From contig CAWGLD010000004.1 of assembly GCA_963823335.1 (NCBI GenBank), forward strand, positions 384,001-448,000: a stretch of 64,000 nucleotides of DNA, given 5' to 3'. How positions within the stretch are numbered: position 1 is the first letter of the stretch; the number at the start of each line of letters is the position of its first letter. Positions 60,543 through 64,000 of the stretch are shown one piece after another. The notes beneath the pieces were generated by a model, which was not told the origin of the DNA, searched no databases, and saw only the letters and a list, made by a program, of their open reading frames with translations. The translations under genes were made by a program, and so were the position numbers. The DNA comes from an uncultured delta proteobacterium (GTDB lineage Bacteria; Desulfobacterota; Desulfobacteria; Desulfobacterales; B30-G6).

Positions 60543-60717
60543 TGCTTCGCACATCTTGCACTTCGTGCGATATTAGCGCTGCGCGCGTCATTGATGGTCA
60601 TTTACTTCGTGTCATTCATCGTAGCTCTCAGCTTTAAGCAACAATGAATTACGCGCGAAGCGCAAATATCGTCCGATAGGACAAATGTCACACGAAATGT
60701 AAATGACGTCCGAAGAA
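60543..60717. repeat. AATGAC + mini-hairpin modular array, locus 5
   Basis: Both arms present around ATCGTAGC...AGCTTTAAGCAACAAT. Confidence 0.87.
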
Positions 60718-60865
60718 CAGTTTTCCATATCTTGTGTCTAAAATCCGTTTTAGCACTCCAGCTTGTGTTTTATCTTTACAACTCCCCCATTCCTTGTTAT
60801 AAATTCGTATTCATAAATAACCATCGTTACACGATTGTTATTAACGTACCAGGAGAACACCTCTC

Positions 60866-63800
60866 ATGAAGCTGAAAAAATTGGAAATACTGGGATTCAA
60901 GTCTTTTCCGGAAAAGGCGGCTATTTCGTTTCCCCAGGGTATTTCTGCTGTCGTCGGTCCCAATGGCTGCGGCAAAAGCAATATTGTCGATGCACTGCGC
61001 TGGGTGATGGGTGAACAGAGTGTCAAACAGCTGCGCGGCAAGAACATGGAAGATGTTATCTTTTCCGGCACCAGTGGCAAACCGCCCTTGAACATGGCCG
61101 AGGTTTCCCTGACACTGCTCAACGACAACGGGTCAGCCCCCGAAGAACTCAAAGACTTCACCGAAATCAATGTAACCAGGCGACTGTACCGATCCGGAGA
61201 GAGTGCCTTCTTTATCAATCGCCAGCCCTGCCGCTTGAAGGACATCCATAACGTCTTCATGGGAACTGGCATGGGAGCCAAGACCTATGCGGTCATTCAG
61301 CAAGGCAACATCGGTGTCATAACGGACGCCGGTCCTGATGAGCGACGCCTGTTTATCGAAGAGGCCGCCGGGGTCACACGATATAAAAACCGCAAAAAGG
61401 AAGCCCTGAGCAAAGTCGCTTCAACACACCAGAACCTCTTACGGGTAAGTGACATTATAACGGAAGTCAATCGCCAGATGGCGGGTCTGAAGCGTCAGGC
61501 ACGGATAGCCGAACGGTATAAAAAATACTCGGACCGGCTCAAAACGCTCACTATTCAACTGGGCATCCATTACTATGATGACTATGCCGAAAAAATAGCC
61601 AGTACCAGCCGGCTGCTTCAAACACGAAAAGACGACGATCTCCAGCATGCATCCCAGCTAAAGAAAATCGACGCGGCAGTGGAAGAGATTAAATTGAAAC
61701 GCTGGCAAAAGAATCAGGAAATCTCGACCCAGAAATCACAGACATTCGAGGCCCAGCGTAAAATAGACCGCCTAGAAACGGATATCGACCACCTGCGCAA
61801 CGAGATCGAACGGTATGCGCATGAGGTGATCGGACTGGAAACAGCCAGAAACGGCCTGGAGGAAAAAAATTCCAGCATCATCGAAGAGATCGATGTGGTC
61901 GAAAAAGAATATGCGTCGCTGTCTGCCGAAAAAAAAGTGGCCACATCCCAGATCGACGCGAAACAGACAGATTATCAACACATACGGGACCAGCTAACCC
62001 AACTGAATCAACAGCTCGAGGTGAGCAAATCAGCTCTCATGGAGATGGTTGCCGAGGAAGCACGCTACAAAAATACCTACCAGAACGCCAACAACAACAA
62101 AGAAAATCTGGCCCGGCGACGGAACCGTATAGACCAGGATATCGAAGCAGCTCAACAGCATGTCCAGGAAGCTAAAGAATCTGTTTTGGTGCATGAAAAA
62201 GACATTTCTCTTCTTCGAGAAAACCTGGCAAAACTGAAGACTGAACTGACGGCCATTGAAAACCAGGTCAACACCAAAATAAAATCTCTGAGCCGGCAGG
62301 TTAAACAGACCCAATCTACGGAAATGGAGCGCAATCAGATCCGATCACAGGTGTCGGCACTGAAGAAATTGTCTGAAAGCTACGCCTGGTACCGCGACGG
62401 TGTTCAGGCAATTATGCGCATTCGCACGAATCCGTCCGAAAATACGTCACCCGGTTCTGAACTCCCGGAACAGCCGAAAGCAGGTGTCGGCACCGGGTTT
62501 TCGAAAGATATTGTAGGGCTGATGGCGGAGGTCATCGAACCGGATCCGACATACGAAACAGCAGTGGAATCGGTTCTGGGAGATGCGCTGCAATATATCA
62601 TCGTCAAGGATCAGGAGACCGGCATACAGGCCATAGACTATCTCCAGGCCACAGGCGCGGGGCGGGGCGGGTTTATTCCTATTCCGGGCATCAAACCCGT
62701 ATCGCCGAATACCCTGGGGAGCACTGAATCGTCCCAAAGCCTTCTGCAGCATGTGTCTGTGAAAGCCGGCTTTGAAGATGTCGCCAACGCGCTCCTGGGT
62801 CATGTCTTCGTGGCCGACAATCTGGTCGAAGCCCGTACCCGTTTCAATCAAAACGGCCGCATCCAGACGATTGTCACCAAGGACGGCAACATCATTTCCC
62901 ACCAGGGTGTCTTTCTCGGCGGCAGTAAGGATAAATTGTCCAACATTCTCACCAAAAGGCAGGAACTGAAGGGGATGACCCGACAGGCAGCACAACTCGA
63001 CAAGAAGGTCGAATCCGAAAGAAATACACAGGAAATCCTTGGAAAAGAGGTTCGAAAGCTGGAAGAAACCTTGCAGCAGCATATCGAAAAGAAAGAGAAA
63101 CTCCTGGTTGAAGAAAGAGAAGCCGAAAAAAATCTGTACCAGACTGCTGAAGAATTGAAACATGCCCGGCGCCATCTGGAAATGCTGCTCCTCGAGCGGG
63201 AACAGCTGATCGGCGAAGAAAACAACATCGATGTCGAAATCAGTAAATTTCAAAAGGCCATCGCCGAAATAGAACAAAACGTTGGCAATGCCCAGAAGAC
63301 CGTCACAGATACCAATCAAAAAATAAGCGGTGTCACGGAGGTCCTTGAAAACGCCAATCGACAGATTGTCGATCTGCGTCTCAAGCATACCTCACTCATC
63401 GCAAGCGTCGAAAACAACCAAAACACGTTGCGGCGTCTAAAGGATTTCTGGCAGGATGGTTTAAAAAGACTGGAGCAACTCACCCAGGACATTACCATCA
63501 AAAAAGAGAAGCGCATCGCATTGAAAGAAAACAACAAACGCCTGGACGATGAACTGTCCCATATGTATGTGCAGTTCAAGCAACTCAAAGAGGTACTCCA
63601 GCATAATGAGGCTGACTACTTGACCATTGACGAAGAGCTGCAGGAAAAGGACGTTATTGTTTCGAACATCCAGAAAGCCAGGGAAACCACGCTCCAGAAT
63701 ATTCGCCTGCTTGAACTGGAACAGTCGCAACAGACCATCAAGCAGGAAAATATCGCTAACCGTTTAGAGGAGAAATACTTTCAGACCATCGACCAACTGA

Positions 63801-64000
63801 GGCTGCAGGTAGAAAAGATACCCGAAGCCCCCCCCTTGCCGGTCACAGGCATGGAAGAAGAAAAAGAACGTCTGGGATCTAAAATCGCCAGAATCGGGGA
63901 TGTTAACCTGGGAGCCATCGATGAATACGATGAGTTGAAAACCCGCTATGATTTTCTCATGGAGCAGCAGGAAGATCTTGACAAGGCCATCCAGGATCTT
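60866..64000 (+). CDS. smc: Chromosome segregation protein SMC (partial, runs off the window)
   Basis: MKLKKLEILGFKSF, GPNGCGKSNIVDA, RLFIEEAAG, coiled coils, hinge, GDVNLGAIDEY; absent from the ORF track because no stop lies inside the window. Confidence 0.95.
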   Translation, partial: MKLKKLEILGFKSFPEKAAISFPQGISAVVGPNGCGKSNIVDALRWVMGEQSVKQLRGKNMEDVIFSGTSGKPPLNMAEVSLTLLNDNGSAPEELKDFTEINVTRRLYRSGESAFFINRQPCRLKDIHNVFMGTGMGAKTYAVIQQGNIGVITDAGPDERRLFIEEAAGVTRYKNRKKEALSKVASTHQNLLRVSDIITEVNRQMAGLKRQARIAERYKKYSDRLKTLTIQLGIHYYDDYAEKIASTSRLLQTRKDDDLQHASQLKKIDAAVEEIKLKRWQKNQEISTQKSQTFEAQRKIDRLETDIDHLRNEIERYAHEVIGLETARNGLEEKNSSIIEEIDVVEKEYASLSAEKKVATSQIDAKQTDYQHIRDQLTQLNQQLEVSKSALMEMVAEEARYKNTYQNANNNKENLARRRNRIDQDIEAAQQHVQEAKESVLVHEKDISLLRENLAKLKTELTAIENQVNTKIKSLSRQVKQTQSTEMERNQIRSQVSALKKLSESYAWYRDGVQAIMRIRTNPSENTSPGSELPEQPKAGVGTGFSKDIVGLMAEVIEPDPTYETAVESVLGDALQYIIVKDQETGIQAIDYLQATGAGRGGFIPIPGIKPVSPNTLGSTESSQSLLQHVSVKAGFEDVANALLGHVFVADNLVEARTRFNQNGRIQTIVTKDGNIISHQGVFLGGSKDKLSNILTKRQELKGMTRQAAQLDKKVESERNTQEILGKEVRKLEETLQQHIEKKEKLLVEEREAEKNLYQTAEELKHARRHLEMLLLEREQLIGEENNIDVEISKFQKAIAEIEQNVGNAQKTVTDTNQKISGVTEVLENANRQIVDLRLKHTSLIASVENNQNTLRRLKDFWQDGLKRLEQLTQDITIKKEKRIALKENNKRLDDELSHMYVQFKQLKEVLQHNEADYLTIDEELQEKDVIVSNIQKARETTLQNIRLLELEQSQQTIKQENIANRLEEKYFQTIDQLRLQVEKIPEAPPLPVTGMEEEKERLGSKIARIGDVNLGAIDEYDELKTRYDFLMEQQEDLDKAIQDL

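Noticed and set aside
60841-63730. Minus-strand ORFs in the track
   Set aside because: Antisense to the open smc frame

Overview
Chromosomal window, most likely from an anaerobic Desulfobacterales-type sulfate reducer (inferred from gene content and order). It opens with a Wood-Ljungdahl carbonyl-branch operon (acsD-cooS/acsA-acsB-acsC-acsE), followed directly by a short MesD-like folate-independent methionine synthase. Next come an alpha/beta hydrolase and an HUH/Y1 (RAYT-like) transposase bounded by 27-bp inverted repeats. A TetR-headed lipid-catabolism cluster follows: two multidomain fusions sharing a duplicated SDR-SCP2 module, an SCP2-type thiolase, acyl-CoA dehydrogenase, a COG1233 flavoprotein, a 2Fe-2S reductase and a crotonase. 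The rest holds an M16C protease, rsmA, a truncated-PPDK-like/GAPDH operon, an internally deleted IS110, ihfB, serB, a ClpX-like ATPase, ahbC-hemB-ahbD, a PilZ/cNMP/MinD signalling cluster, PPi-PFK, an amino-acid ABC transporter and the 5' part of smc. Many intergenic gaps carry short repeats: modular GNA-loop mini-hairpin arrays, G-rich/C-rich octamer arms, ERIC-like MITEs and IS200/IS605-type remnants. No rRNA, tRNA or CRISPR was recognised. All calls come from motif recognition by eye; no searches were run.
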